Positions 36,697-47,309 of a stretch of DNA of 64,000 nucleotides are shown here, piece by piece (within the stretch, counting starts at the first letter, position 1; every line of letters starts with the position of its first letter). The notes below the pieces were generated by a model. It was given only the letters and a program-made list of their open reading frames with translations. It was not told where the DNA came from and ran no database searches. Origin of the DNA: Clostridia bacterium (GTDB taxonomy: Bacteria; Bacillota; Clostridia; TANB77; CAG-508). A program made the position numbers and the translations under genes. The stretch is from assembly GCA_022797145.1 (NCBI GenBank), contig JAAWKA010000001.1:61745-125744 (forward strand). The letters run 5' to 3'.

Positions 36697-38481
36697 TTAT
36701 AAAAATTCTGATGGAATTCTTGGTATCAATGTTAAGTAATCTACTATATTTTCATTTTCGATATAAGGGCAATTTATAATTCCACCATCATGAAAATTTT
36801 GTTTTAATAACTCATTATATATTGTTAAAGTAGCAGTATCATATTCATTATTTGCAATTTTTGTATTAGAAAACACAAAATAATCTTCTTGTAATTTTTC
36901 TAATTCTTGTTTGTTAATTGCTTCTTTATAATGAAATCCAACATTATTATTTTTCAGTATTTCATATAAATAATTGATGTAGTCTGTACTACTTTTTGAT
37001 ATAAATTCTTCTGTGAATTTTATATTTGTTATTTCAATATTGTAGTTTTTATCTCTTTTAATTTCGATGCAATCTATTAACCTTTTAATCAATTCTTTCT
37101 TTGATTTTCTATTTAAACTCTCAAAAATAAATGAAAAACTTAATTTGTTTGTGAAAATAAATTCATCATTTTCGGTAGAATAATCTAATTTTTTTAATAG
37201 TTCTATTGTATATTCTTTAAAGTCATTATTAGGATCAATTTGCCTTCTTTTCTTATTTAAGTTTTCTATTTCTTTCTTGATACTATCATTTTTATTGTTA
37301 ATAGTTTCAACATTTAATGTAGAACTCAAATATAAATCGACTAACTTTTTTTCTTGCATTTTTAATTTCTCAATAGCTTTTTCTATATCTTTAATATCCT
37401 TTGTTTTGGTAGAATTACATACTATAATTTCATTATCCATATCATACATATATCTTGTTAATTCATTCAAAACTCTAACTAATTTTTGTTCTATTTTATC
37501 AGAACTATAATGAATTCCTTTTGATTTGCAATTAGGATTTTTGCAAGTTAAATGATAATATACTTTTTCTTTTGGTGTTCCACTATACTTAAAAGAGTTA
37601 GTATAAGATAAAATATTGCCACAAGTAGGACATCTCATAATACCAGTAAATAAGTGAATATGCTCTCCATAATTTGAATGCTTATTTCTTTCTAAAACTT
37701 TTCTTGTGATATTCCATGTTTCAATATCTATAATTTGCTCACAGTAATTCTCAACTCTTAAAATATCTTGTGGTTTTCTACAATATTTACCATATTCAAA
37801 TATTCCAATATAAATAGAATTAGTTAGTATTTTGTAAACTCTATCACTTGTCCATTTACCTTGTTTTAGATAAGAATTGTTATCTCTCATAGTTGTTGCA
37901 ATGCTTCTTGTAGAATTTCCCTGCTTACATAGTTCAAATATTTCTTTAACTACTTGTGCTTCAATATGTTCTACTTCTAAATGACCCGTTTTGCTATTTC
38001 TAGTGTAGCCATAAGGTGCTTTACTAGGGTGTATATGCTCAAGAGCCATTTCTTCCATAGCACGTTTTGTTCTTGCTCCAATTTCTTTTCTTTCTCTTTG
38101 TCCAAATACTAAATTCATTCCAAAGAACATTTCACCATTAGCAGTAGAAACATCATAAGGCTCCAAAATAAGTTCTATTTTAACATCATGTTCTTCACAA
38201 TAATTTAAAAGCCAAAAGCCATCATAGTTATTTCGAGTAAGTCTATCTACTTTAATAGCAACTATTACTTCAATTTTGTGTGATTTAATATCTTTTAAAA
38301 GTCTTTGCATTTCTGGTCTCATTAAATCTTTTCCAGAATGTCCTGCATCATTGTATACATCTACAATATCGTAATTATTCTTTTCACAATATTCTTTTAT
38401 CATTCGTAACTGTGAATCAATAGAATAGCCATTATCTCTTTGGTCATCTGTTGATACTCTTACATAAACTCCACATCTCAC
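36697..38481 (-). CDS. large serine recombinase (resolvase/invertase N-domain + recombinase domain + zinc ribbon + coiled coil)
   Basis: GTG start after TAGGAGGT. Catalytic N-terminus RCGVYVRVSTDDQ...YSIDSQ, then VDRLTRN and zinc ribbon CPTCGN...C...NPNC. 594 aa. Confidence 0.9.
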   Translation of the reverse strand: MRCGVYVRVSTDDQRDNGYSIDSQLRMIKEYCEKNNYDIVDVYNDAGHSGKDLMRPEMQRLLKDIKSHKIEVIVAIKVDRLTRNNYDGFWLLNYCEEHDVKIELILEPYDVSTANGEMFFGMNLVFGQRERKEIGARTKRAMEEMALEHIHPSKAPYGYTRNSKTGHLEVEHIEAQVVKEIFELCKQGNSTRSIATTMRDNNSYLKQGKWTSDRVYKILTNSIYIGIFEYGKYCRKPQDILRVENYCEQIIDIETWNITRKVLERNKHSNYGEHIHLFTGIMRCPTCGNILSYTNSFKYSGTPKEKVYYHLTCKNPNCKSKGIHYSSDKIEQKLVRVLNELTRYMYDMDNEIIVCNSTKTKDIKDIEKAIEKLKMQEKKLVDLYLSSTLNVETINNKNDSIKKEIENLNKKRRQIDPNNDFKEYTIELLKKLDYSTENDEFIFTNKLSFSFIFESLNRKSKKELIKRLIDCIEIKRDKNYNIEITNIKFTEEFISKSSTDYINYLYEILKNNNVGFHYKEAINKQELEKLQEDYFVFSNTKIANNEYDTATLTIYNELLKQNFHDGGIINCPYIENENIVDYLTLIPRIPSEFL

Positions 38482-38546
38482 AAAATATTACCTCCTACAT
38501 TACCTGTGAATTTTCTAAGGTTTTGTATACCAAAATAGTTAAAAAA

Positions 38547-38675
38547 CTTTAAAAAATTTTACCCTCTCATATGTTTGCTCAGAAAAGTACATTTTCGCCC
38601 CCCCTAGTTTAGAAAAAAATTTAAAATTTTTTTATTCTTTCATATGTTTCCTAACTAAAATGCAATTTTGCAAGC
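38547..38675. repeat. two imperfect ~50-nt direct repeats (period 73 bp) flanking a C7 homopolymer, upstream of the recombinase gene
   Basis: Copy A is ...tttaaaaaattttaccctctcatatgtttgctcagaaaagtacattttcgcc and copy B is ...tttaaaatttttttattctttcatatgtttcctaactaaaatgcaattttgcaa. The C7 run is at 38598-38604. Confidence 0.75.
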
Positions 38676-38782
38676 TTAATTTCAAAAATTTTTTATTGCG
38701 AAAGCAAAAAGGTTTTCGGGACCTCACTCACAATCTTTGATTATGTAGTGGGTGAGGTTCTTATAAAATTGCAAAAAGAAGG

Positions 38783-39067
38783 TTAAATATTTAATTTTAT
38801 GAGAATTTGTTTTATTTCTTTAAGATTATACTTTTGTTTATGTTCTTTAATATAGAATGGCTTATTAGCTATCTCGTTTACTTTATATTCATAAATAGTA
38901 AGTGTGATAGGGTATATAATTAAATATTCAGTTGGTTTAATGAATTGCAGATTAGTACCATTTAAATGCTTAATTTTGCCATTCTTAACTGTGTACTCAT
39001 AGTTTTTTATAATTTCCATTAATTCATTATTTGGCTTTAGTTCTTGTATTACTTCAAACTCAAACAT
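38783..39067 (-). CDS. hypothetical protein
   Basis: 94-aa ORF followed by a GC-rich hairpin (38723-38758). No motif recognised. Confidence 0.35.
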   Translation of the reverse strand: MFEFEVIQELKPNNELMEIIKNYEYTVKNGKIKHLNGTNLQFIKPTEYLIIYPITLTIYEYKVNEIANKPFYIKEHKQKYNLKEIKQILIKLNI

Positions 39068-39188
39068 AAAAAATGTCCTCCTTTCTTCAATAAGAGAACA
39101 TTTTTGATATTTTCGTGAGGTTCAATTCATCTTTTCTAAAAACGAAAAAACTTACGAAACTCTTTATAGTTCGTAAGTTGCTATAAAC

Positions 39189-39262
<74 letters not shown>

Positions 39263-39737
39263 AGTTCTACTAATTATACTTATATATCTATAGACAATAT
39301 TTCTTTCTATATACTCTTCAAATTTACCATTAAAAATACTTTTCTATTGCAATATATACTCTACTTACCTTCATTTTTATTTCCTTGTATTTTTAATAAT
39401 TTCTTAAATCTTATTAGGAACTCAATTTCAGTAATTCTTAAAGTTTCCTTTTGAAAAAATAATTGACTTATTAGCTATTAGAATTAGTATAACATAAAAA
39501 TTATAAATTTAATAGTTTTTTACAAATAAAAATGAAATTAATCCTACTATTTACATATAAAGAAGCTACAAAATTACTTATATCTCTATTCCTTATCTGC
39601 ATTTTATATTATAAATTAAAACATATCAAAACTTCAAAAGTTTTTTAGAATCATCATATATAAATACAATTTTATTGACATTTATTTATATATATATTAT
39701 ATTTAATTTATCTTAAACATAGATAGGAGGAAGGATA

Positions 39738-40082
39738 ATGAAAATATTGAACTTAATAGCAAATAAATTATTTTATTTCACTTGTAGTTTTCTTGATGAA
39801 AATGGCTATATAAAAAATCCTATATTATCTATTGATACCCCTAGCTTTTATTACCGTTCTAATGAAGATTTTATAAATGAACGGCCAATATTTATTCAAA
39901 AATTACATTTACAATTAGATTATTGTGAGAAATATACACTTGACAACAAAATATACAGTAAGTTTGTAACTCTTCCTTTTTATATTCCTACTATAGGAAC
40001 TTATAATGGTAGTTTATCTTACTTTCTCCAAAATTCTTATTGTACTGATCCTTTGAATATTATTACACAGAAAGGTACCTAA
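39738..40082 (+). CDS. hypothetical protein
   Basis: 114-aa ORF preceded by GATAGGAGGAAGG SD. No motif recognised. Confidence 0.45.
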   Translation: MKILNLIANKLFYFTCSFLDENGYIKNPILSIDTPSFYYRSNEDFINERPIFIQKLHLQLDYCEKYTLDNKIYSKFVTLPFYIPTIGTYNGSLSYFLQNSYCTDPLNIITQKGT

Positions 40083-40110
40083 ATACCTTTCTGTTTTTAT
40101 CAAAATAGTA

Positions 40111-41499
40111 TTATATTTTTTCTATATTCATTCCTTCTTTTGTGTCTTTTACAATATATCCTTTTTCTTTTATTTTATCTCTTAATATATCTGATAATTC
40201 CCAATCCTTTTGTTGTCTTGCTTGCTTTCTTTCTCTTAAAAGCTCTTGAATCTCTTCTGGAATTTCTTCAGCATAATTTTTTTCCTGCTCTTGTATATTT
40301 ATTCCTAATATTTTATCAAACTTTAGTAAAAGTTGTGCTAATGTTTTTGATTTCTTGGGGTGTTTAGCTACTTCCCATACTATACTCATTGCAAGTGGCA
40401 TATTTAAATCATCATTAATTGCTTCTAAAAATTTAGTCTCATAATTTTTTACTATCTCTTTCTCTACTACTTCTTTTCCCTCATTATGCCTCTTATATGC
40501 TTCTTTCAATTTAATTAATGATTTGTTTGCAGAATCTATAGCTTCCCAAGTAAAATTTAGTTTGCTTCTATAATTAGCACTAAAACAAAATATTTTATAT
40601 GCAAGTGGTGAATATCCATTTTTTATTATATCTTGTAATAAGTATACATTTCCTAAACTTTTTGACATTTTACCACCATTTATCAATAAAAACTCGCCAT
40701 GCATCCAAAACTTTGCTGGATTTTTTCCTGTTACTCCTTTACTTTGAGCAATTTCATTTTCATGATGTGTTGGTATTAAGTCTATTCCTCCTGTATGTAT
40801 ATCAAATTCATCTCCTAAATATTTTTTTCCCATTGCTGAGCATTCTATATGCCATCCTGGATAACATAGTCCCCATGGACTATCCCATTTCATTAAATGA
40901 TTTTCTGGTGCTTTTATCCACAATGCAAAATCATATGGATTTCTTTTTTCCTCATCTAGCTCAACCCTTGCCCCTGCTTTTTGTTCATCTAATTTTATTC
41001 CTGATAATATTCCATATTCTTTTAATTTTGAAACTTCAAAATATATTGCTGTTGAAGTTTCATAAGCATATCCATTTCTTAATAGTTGTTCTACAAATTC
41101 TATCATATCTTTTATATGCTCTGTAGCCTTACATATAATCTCTGGTATATCAATATTTAAAAGTTCTAAATCATTTAAAAATCTATTTGTGTAATATTCA
41201 GCTATTTGTAAAGGTGTCTTTCCTTCTTCTTTTGCAGATTTTATCATTTTGTCTTCTCCCTCATCTGCATCAGATACTAAATGTCCTACATCTGTTATAT
41301 TCATAACATGTTTTAAGTTATATCCATTATATTTTAATACTCTTCTTAGTATATCCATAAAAATGTTTGTTCTCATATTACCTATTGTTGCATCTTTATA
41401 TACTGTTGGTCCACATGAATATATTTTTATCGTCTTTTCTTCTATTGGTTTAAATATTTGCTTTTCTTTTGTTAATGTATTGTAAAATTTAATTTCCAC
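40111..41499 (-). CDS. cysS: cysteine--tRNA ligase
   Basis: Class I signature region CGPTVYKDATIGNMRT, KMSKS motif GKMSKSLGN, and Zn-binding CYPGWHIEC. Confidence 0.95.
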   Translation of the reverse strand: MEIKFYNTLTKEKQIFKPIEEKTIKIYSCGPTVYKDATIGNMRTNIFMDILRRVLKYNGYNLKHVMNITDVGHLVSDADEGEDKMIKSAKEEGKTPLQIAEYYTNRFLNDLELLNIDIPEIICKATEHIKDMIEFVEQLLRNGYAYETSTAIYFEVSKLKEYGILSGIKLDEQKAGARVELDEEKRNPYDFALWIKAPENHLMKWDSPWGLCYPGWHIECSAMGKKYLGDEFDIHTGGIDLIPTHHENEIAQSKGVTGKNPAKFWMHGEFLLINGGKMSKSLGNVYLLQDIIKNGYSPLAYKIFCFSANYRSKLNFTWEAIDSANKSLIKLKEAYKRHNEGKEVVEKEIVKNYETKFLEAINDDLNMPLAMSIVWEVAKHPKKSKTLAQLLLKFDKILGINIQEQEKNYAEEIPEEIQELLRERKQARQQKDWELSDILRDKIKEKGYIVKDTKEGMNIEKI

Positions 41500-41560
41500 T
41501 AAACTACCACCTTTATATAATTTTAGAAAATTTTCGCCCGCAATATGCGGACGATTAGCT

Positions 41561-44317
41561 TCAATGTCTTGTTGTATTTGTTACTATATTATTTATTTGA
41601 TTTGTTATTGTATTATTTACTTGATTTGTTACTGTGTTATTTGTTGAATCTTTTTCAACAATTACTGTTCTTTCCTTTATATCTGTATTTCCTGCTTCAT
41701 CTGATACTATATACTTTATCTTATAAGTTCCTATTTTCTTAGTATCCACATTTCCTTCTATTTTTATTTTATTAGTAATATCTCCATCTATATTATCATG
41801 TGCTGTAGCTCCTAGCTCAGTATATTTTTGGTTTAGTTTTAGCTTAACTACTACTTCCCCTTTTAATGTAATAACTGGTTTTTCAGTATCTACTAGTTTT
41901 GTATGTACATCACAAGTTTCTATTGGTGCCATATATTTTGCATCTTCTGCTGATTTCCAAGAAGTATCTTGTTCACTATCTTTTCTTGTAATAAATACTT
42001 TTTCCTCTGTATCTCTACAAAATTCATTTGCTACTTTTCCAGTTTCTTTACATATTTTCACTTTAACATGTACATCACACTCCCCTGTTGGAACTGTTCC
42101 TTTAACAAATGTTTCTGTATATGCCCTTGCTCCTCTTGGATCCTGTGAGCACAATTCTGTTGGTTTCAAGCCAGAATCTCTACATACTGCTCCTGTAACA
42201 ATTCCACTTGGTTTTTCAAAAGTTTTTGACTCTAATCCTTTATGAATATCTTTCATAATTGCTGCCCAAATAGTTGATGCCATATTATTTGAAAATGGTG
42301 GTCTTTCTTTATAGTTTGGATATCCTATCCAAGTTGCTGCTGTATAATATGGTGTAAAACCACAAAGCCATCTATCTGTATATTCATCTGTTGAACCTGT
42401 TTTTGCTCCCACATCCATTCCTGATACTTTAACCCCTCTTGCAGTTCCTGCTGCCCCTTCTACTGGGCCTTTTAATATCATTTTTTCTATATATGCATTT
42501 TGCTCAGACATTATTCTTCTTTTTTCTTGCTTTGGCTCTAATATAACCTCTCCATTAGAATCTTCTATTTTTGTATAAAATGTTGGTGATATATATTCTC
42601 CCCCATTTGCAATTACTGAATATGCTGTAGCCATTTCTAATGGTGAAACATAGTTTTTAGTTCCTCCTAGTACAAGAGCTAATTCTTCTGGTTGATCTTG
42701 CATATTTAATCCCATACTCTGCATAAATTCTATTGATTTTTTAGGAGTTATTTTTTGCAATAATTTTACCTCTGGAACATTTGATGATATTTCTATCATT
42801 TTCTTTATATTCATCAATCCTTTATAACCTGCATATGAATTACGTGGTGTATATCTTCCATATGATTTTGGAGAATCATCTAATACTGTAGCTGCTGTTA
42901 TTGCATTTGTCTCTAAACCTGGTGCTATTGTTGCAAGTGGCTTTATTGCTGATCCTGGTTGTGCAACCTTTGCAGTTCCATAATTTTTTCCAAATGCTGT
43001 CTTCTCTCCAAGAGTTCCTCCTACTGCTAAAACTTGACCTGTTTTATGATCCATAATTACCATTCCTGATTGTGTTGTTTCATTCTTTAATGTTCCATCT
43101 TCATTTTTCTTTCTTCCTTTTACAATATATTTTGTCTTTAAATACTCTTCATTCACTCTATTTTGTATAGTTGTATTTTGTGTTGTATATATTTTATATC
43201 CACCACCATACAATCTTGCTTCTGCTGCTTTTCTATCTAAACCTTTTTCTTCCACCATTTGATCTAATATCTGATTAATTGCCGCTTCTGAATGATAAGA
43301 TAAAGAATTTTTTTGTATAATATTTCCCTCTTTAAATGCTAATCCTTCTTCTACTTCTGCTACAGCTTCATTATATTGCTCTTCCTCTAAATTTCCTAAC
43401 TCTTTCATTTTTAAAAGTACTGTTTTTGTTCTTGAATTTATTTTTTCAATATTAGGAGTTTCTTTAAATGGTCCATATAAATTTGGAGAATGTGTAATTC
43501 CTGCAATATATGCTGCTTGTGCTACTGTTAATTCTGTTGGATTTTTATCAAAATAATATCTTGATGCTGTTTTCACTCCATGAACATTTTTTGCCCCTCC
43601 ACCAAGAGGAATAGTATTTAAATATGATTCTAATATTTGAGATTTTGACATTACTTTTTCTATCTTATATGCTCTTACAATTTCTTTTACTTTTCTTGTC
43701 CAATCTTGCTCTTTATCTCCTGTTGCATTTTTTATTAATTGTTGTGTTATTGTACTTCCTCCATAAGATGTATCCCCTGCCTTCACTAAATAATTCATTG
43801 TTGCAGAAATTGTTCTTGGAAGGTCTACTCCATTATGAGAATAAAATCTTTCATCTTCTATTGAAACAAATGCTTTTGGCAAATATTCTCCCATCTCTGA
43901 TAAACTTATAATTTCTCTATTTTCATCTCCATTTAATTGTGCAATTTGATTTCCCTCTATATCTAATACTACAGAATTTGATGTTTTTATTGCTAAATTT
44001 TCTTCTGTTATTTCTAAATCATTTCCTATAACTCCAAACACTATTCCTGCTATCGTTCCTATTGCTATTATCGCTAATATAATTATCAATATAAAGAAAA
44101 TTCTAATTACTTTTTTTAATTTTGAATGCTTTACTTCTTTTTTATCTTTTTTCTTATTATCTTTATTTAAATTTACATTATCTTTTCCTTGTACTTTTTT
44201 TACTGTTTTAGTTTGTTCATTATTTGTTGTACTTTTTTTACTTGCTGGTGTATTTTTTTGTGTATTTATTTTTTTTGTATTACTACTTTTTGATTTTTTT
44301 CGTTTTTTATTACTCAT
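41561..44317 (-). CDS. class A penicillin-binding protein (PBP1A-type transglycosylase/transpeptidase) with extended Cys-rich + Ig-like C-terminus
   Basis: GT51 motifs EDERFYSHNGVD and GGSTITQQL. Transpeptidase motifs SAIKP, SSN and KTGST. The C-terminal ~230 aa contain CDVH-type Cys motifs, an Ig-like segment (ATAHDNIDGDIT) and an N/T-rich 8-aa repeat tail. Confidence 0.9.
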   Translation of the reverse strand: MSNKKRKKSKSSNTKKINTQKNTPASKKSTTNNEQTKTVKKVQGKDNVNLNKDNKKKDKKEVKHSKLKKVIRIFFILIIILAIIAIGTIAGIVFGVIGNDLEITEENLAIKTSNSVVLDIEGNQIAQLNGDENREIISLSEMGEYLPKAFVSIEDERFYSHNGVDLPRTISATMNYLVKAGDTSYGGSTITQQLIKNATGDKEQDWTRKVKEIVRAYKIEKVMSKSQILESYLNTIPLGGGAKNVHGVKTASRYYFDKNPTELTVAQAAYIAGITHSPNLYGPFKETPNIEKINSRTKTVLLKMKELGNLEEEQYNEAVAEVEEGLAFKEGNIIQKNSLSYHSEAAINQILDQMVEEKGLDRKAAEARLYGGGYKIYTTQNTTIQNRVNEEYLKTKYIVKGRKKNEDGTLKNETTQSGMVIMDHKTGQVLAVGGTLGEKTAFGKNYGTAKVAQPGSAIKPLATIAPGLETNAITAATVLDDSPKSYGRYTPRNSYAGYKGLMNIKKMIEISSNVPEVKLLQKITPKKSIEFMQSMGLNMQDQPEELALVLGGTKNYVSPLEMATAYSVIANGGEYISPTFYTKIEDSNGEVILEPKQEKRRIMSEQNAYIEKMILKGPVEGAAGTARGVKVSGMDVGAKTGSTDEYTDRWLCGFTPYYTAATWIGYPNYKERPPFSNNMASTIWAAIMKDIHKGLESKTFEKPSGIVTGAVCRDSGLKPTELCSQDPRGARAYTETFVKGTVPTGECDVHVKVKICKETGKVANEFCRDTEEKVFITRKDSEQDTSWKSAEDAKYMAPIETCDVHTKLVDTEKPVITLKGEVVVKLKLNQKYTELGATAHDNIDGDITNKIKIEGNVDTKKIGTYKIKYIVSDEAGNTDIKERTVIVEKDSTNNTVTNQVNNTITNQINNIVTNTTRH
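41573..41644 (-). repeat. 3 x 24-bp tandem repeat in the 3' end of the PBP gene
   Basis: Units at 41573-41596, 41597-41620 and 41621-41644 (ttgatttgtta(c/t)tgt(a/g)ttattt..) encode TNNTVTNQ/VNNTITNQ/INNIVTNT. Confidence 0.85.
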
Positions 44318-44638
44318 TAAATACTCCTCCTTTGTAATAAGAAACCTATATATTTTATTTAAACATAATTTTCTTTTTTAATTTCATTGTATCCTAAAAA
44401 TCCAAGTACGCTAATTATATTATAAATTTTACAAAAATTAAAGCATTTTCATAAAAAATTAATATTATCTTATAAAATTACTAAAAAACTTGTCTCCAAT
44501 ATGTATATTTGTTTTTTTTAAATTTATTCTTATTTAGTTACTTAATACAAGTTTCCAAAACAAATTCTATTGCATAAAATAATGTATATCTAAGAATTTT
44601 TGGTAGATACTATTTATTATATGAAAGGAGATTTTTAT

Positions 44639-45496
44639 ATGAAATCTATATGCATTAAAAGTAATAATAAGTATATTATAGATTATCTACTAAAAGATTT
44701 TTCTAATATGAATTTAGATTGTACTTATCTATCAAATCATACTTTCAAATTATATAATAATGTTATTATACACTATAAGGGCAAAGATACTTCTATTTTT
44801 TATACTTACTTATGTGATATTTTAGCAAGGTGTATAATCTTTTTTTATGAAAAAAAAATTATACAAAATTCTATCAATTATAATTATTTCTATTTTACAG
44901 ATATTGAAAAAAAGAAAATATCAAACTTATGTATTGATTCATTAAACACTGAACTTTCTGTTTATAAGGAAAAATATAACCTCCTTTTTAATCTAATAAA
45001 ACAATACATTACAGAACATCATTCTATTCTATTAACTGGTTTTGTTAATTTTAGAATCAAACCATATAAAGAATTAATTGAAGAAAATGTTGACACTTGT
45101 GTTAGTAATTTTTTAATTGAACGAGAATACTATGAGTTTATAAATATTCTTCGATTATATGTAAGTTCTAAAGAAAGTGAAATAGAACATGTACATCTTA
45201 TTTATATTAATAATGAATCTATTTTAATAGATAATGAAAAAAATATCATTTCTGTAGAAGATAATATTTTTAATGCGAAATATTTATCTGACATATCATT
45301 TTCTTCTAATGATTATTGTTTAAATACATTATTAAATATACTACCTAAAAAGTTAACTATACACTTGATTTCAAATTATGAAGATGAATTTATAAATACA
45401 CTTAGACTTATATTTGAAAATCGCGTTTCTATTTGCTCTGATTGTGATATTTGTAGAGTATATCGTTTAACTAGCAATGTTGCTTTAAAAGATTAA
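44639..45496 (+). CDS. ytxC: YtxC-like putative sporulation protein
   Basis: Start moved to the ATG at 44639 after AAAGGAG. The LLTGFVNFRIKPY...FLIEREYYEFINILR pattern resembles the YtxC family. Confidence 0.5.
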   Translation: MKSICIKSNNKYIIDYLLKDFSNMNLDCTYLSNHTFKLYNNVIIHYKGKDTSIFYTYLCDILARCIIFFYEKKIIQNSINYNYFYFTDIEKKKISNLCIDSLNTELSVYKEKYNLLFNLIKQYITEHHSILLTGFVNFRIKPYKELIEENVDTCVSNFLIEREYYEFINILRLYVSSKESEIEHVHLIYINNESILIDNEKNIISVEDNIFNAKYLSDISFSSNDYCLNTLLNILPKKLTIHLISNYEDEFINTLRLIFENRVSICSDCDICRVYRLTSNVALKD

Positions 45497-45501
45497 TTTA
45501 A

Positions 45502-45542
45502 AATCCTAAAGGAAATGAAACTCTCTTCCTTTAGGATTTTTC
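45502..45542 (+). terminator. rho-independent terminator
   Basis: 12-bp stem aatcctaaagga/tcctttaggatt followed by a T-run, immediately after the ytxC-like stop. Confidence 0.7.
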
Positions 45543-45605
45543 TTATATATATTTACTCCTTTAAAATAATATGTTATTATATTTTTATTGAATGGAGGAA
45601 TATTT

Positions 45606-46589
45606 ATGTATCAAAATGAAAAAAAGACTGTTTCTATACTTATACCTGCATATAATGAACAAGATGTTTTAGAATTGTTATATGATAGATTAAATAAAAT
45701 TATAAATACATTAAATAATTATAATTTTGAAATACTATTTATAAATGATGGAAGTAAAGATAGTACTTTAGAAATTATAAAAGAGTTTAGAAAAAATGAT
45801 AATAGAATATCCTTTGTAAATTTATCTAGAAATTATGGAAAAGAAACTGCCATGATTGCTGGTTTAGATTACTCAATTGGTGATTGTGTTATTATTATGG
45901 ATGCAGATCTTCAAGATCCTCCAGAGCTTATTCCTCAAATGCTTGGTTATTGGGAAGAAGGTTTTGATGATATATATGCTAGAAGAAAATCTAGAAAAGG
46001 TGAAAGTTTTTTGAAAAAATTCACATCAAAATTATATTATAAAACTCTTGAAAATGTAACTAACATAGAAATACAAAAGGATACTGGTGATTTTAGATTG
46101 CTTGATAGACGTTGTGTAGAAGCTTTAAAATCCATACGTGAATCTCAAAGATATACTAAAGGTTTATTTAGTTGGATTGGATATAATAAAAAAGAAATTT
46201 TATTTGATAGAGATGCACGTGCTGCTGGAAAAACAAAATGGAATTACAAAAAACTAATAGATTTATCAATTGATGGATTAACTTCTTTTACTACTGCACC
46301 ACTTAGATGGTCTGCTATAATTGGTCTTTTAATCTCTTTTGCAGGTTTTATTTATATGGGTATAATAATATTTAAAACCATCCTTTATGGTATTGATGTG
46401 CCTGGATATTCTTCTACTATGGTAGTTATTTTATTTTTAGGTGGTATTCAATTAATCTTTTTAGGTATAATTGGTGAATATTTAGGACGAGCTTTTTATG
46501 AAACTAAGGGTAGACCCTTATATTTTGTTGATAGTTATAATGACAAAAAAGAAAATAATCTTAATTTAAATAAAAATATAAAAGAATAA
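45606..46589 (+). CDS. family 2 glycosyltransferase (polyprenol-phosphate sugar transferase, GtrB/CsbB-like)
   Basis: Start at 45606 after GGAGGA. Motifs VSILIPAYNE and IIMDADLQDPPE, with two C-terminal TM segments. Confidence 0.8.
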   Translation: MYQNEKKTVSILIPAYNEQDVLELLYDRLNKIINTLNNYNFEILFINDGSKDSTLEIIKEFRKNDNRISFVNLSRNYGKETAMIAGLDYSIGDCVIIMDADLQDPPELIPQMLGYWEEGFDDIYARRKSRKGESFLKKFTSKLYYKTLENVTNIEIQKDTGDFRLLDRRCVEALKSIRESQRYTKGLFSWIGYNKKEILFDRDARAAGKTKWNYKKLIDLSIDGLTSFTTAPLRWSAIIGLLISFAGFIYMGIIIFKTILYGIDVPGYSSTMVVILFLGGIQLIFLGIIGEYLGRAFYETKGRPLYFVDSYNDKKENNLNLNKNIKE

Positions 46590-46601
46590 GGAGATTTTAA
46601 T

Positions 46602-47282
46602 ATGTCTAGTTTCGTTTTAAAAATAATTGCACTTATTAGTATGTTTATAGATCATCTTGGTTATACACTATACCAAAAATTCTCTAATTTCAATTATATT
46701 GGTAGAATTGCTTTTCCTATTTTTGCATTCCAAATTAGTGAAGGTTATAAACACACTCATAGTAAAAAAAATTATTTGATTAATTTACTTACTTTTGCTA
46801 TTATATCACAAATTCCATTCACCCTATTTCGTTCTATATTTGTAAATAATAGTTCTAGTTTTTCCTTAAATATATTTTTTACTTTATTAATCGGGCTTAT
46901 TGCTATTATTGGCTTTGAAGCTTGTAAAAATAAATGGATTGGCTTGTTGTTAGTTTTTGGTCTTTCAAGTACTGCAAATCTTTTAAAAATGGATTATGGA
47001 TACTATGGAGTTTTAATGATTTTTCTTTTTCACTTTTTTAAAGAAAAAAAATTTTTAATGAATTTATCTTATTGCATTTTAGTATTTTTACACTACCTTC
47101 CTAACATAATTATCTCTAATTTTTCTTATATCTATTTTATTTTGCTATTTTTTACCTTACTTCCTATTATCTTTATAAATATGTATAATAATGAATATGG
47201 AAAAAATATCAAATACTTCCTTTATACCTTTTATCCACTACATTTAATAGTATTGTATTTATTTAATAGCCTTTTTATTTAA
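46602..47282 (+). CDS. TraX-family membrane protein
   Basis: LKIIALISMFIDHLGY N-terminus, polytopic, 226 aa. Confidence 0.7.
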   Translation: MSSFVLKIIALISMFIDHLGYTLYQKFSNFNYIGRIAFPIFAFQISEGYKHTHSKKNYLINLLTFAIISQIPFTLFRSIFVNNSSSFSLNIFFTLLIGLIAIIGFEACKNKWIGLLLVFGLSSTANLLKMDYGYYGVLMIFLFHFFKEKKFLMNLSYCILVFLHYLPNIIISNFSYIYFILLFFTLLPIIFINMYNNEYGKNIKYFLYTFYPLHLIVLYLFNSLFI

Positions 47283-47309
47283 AAACTAATAAATCCATTT
47301 ATGGACTTA

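Larger units (their letters stand above)
35241..39188 (-). mobile_element. putative integrated islet carrying a large serine recombinase (boundaries approximate)
   Basis: An intact recombinase plus three cargo ORFs lie between a truncated MATE gene and the 3' end of tRNA-Gly. No flanking direct repeats were identified by eye. Confidence 0.45.

Noticed and set aside
41500-41560. T-box or other leader upstream of cysS.
   Set aside because: Only about 60 nt separate cysS from the stop of the upstream PBP gene. That space is occupied by a single hairpin (tcgcccgc-aatat-gcggacga) that looks like the PBP terminator, leaving no room for a ~200-nt T-box.
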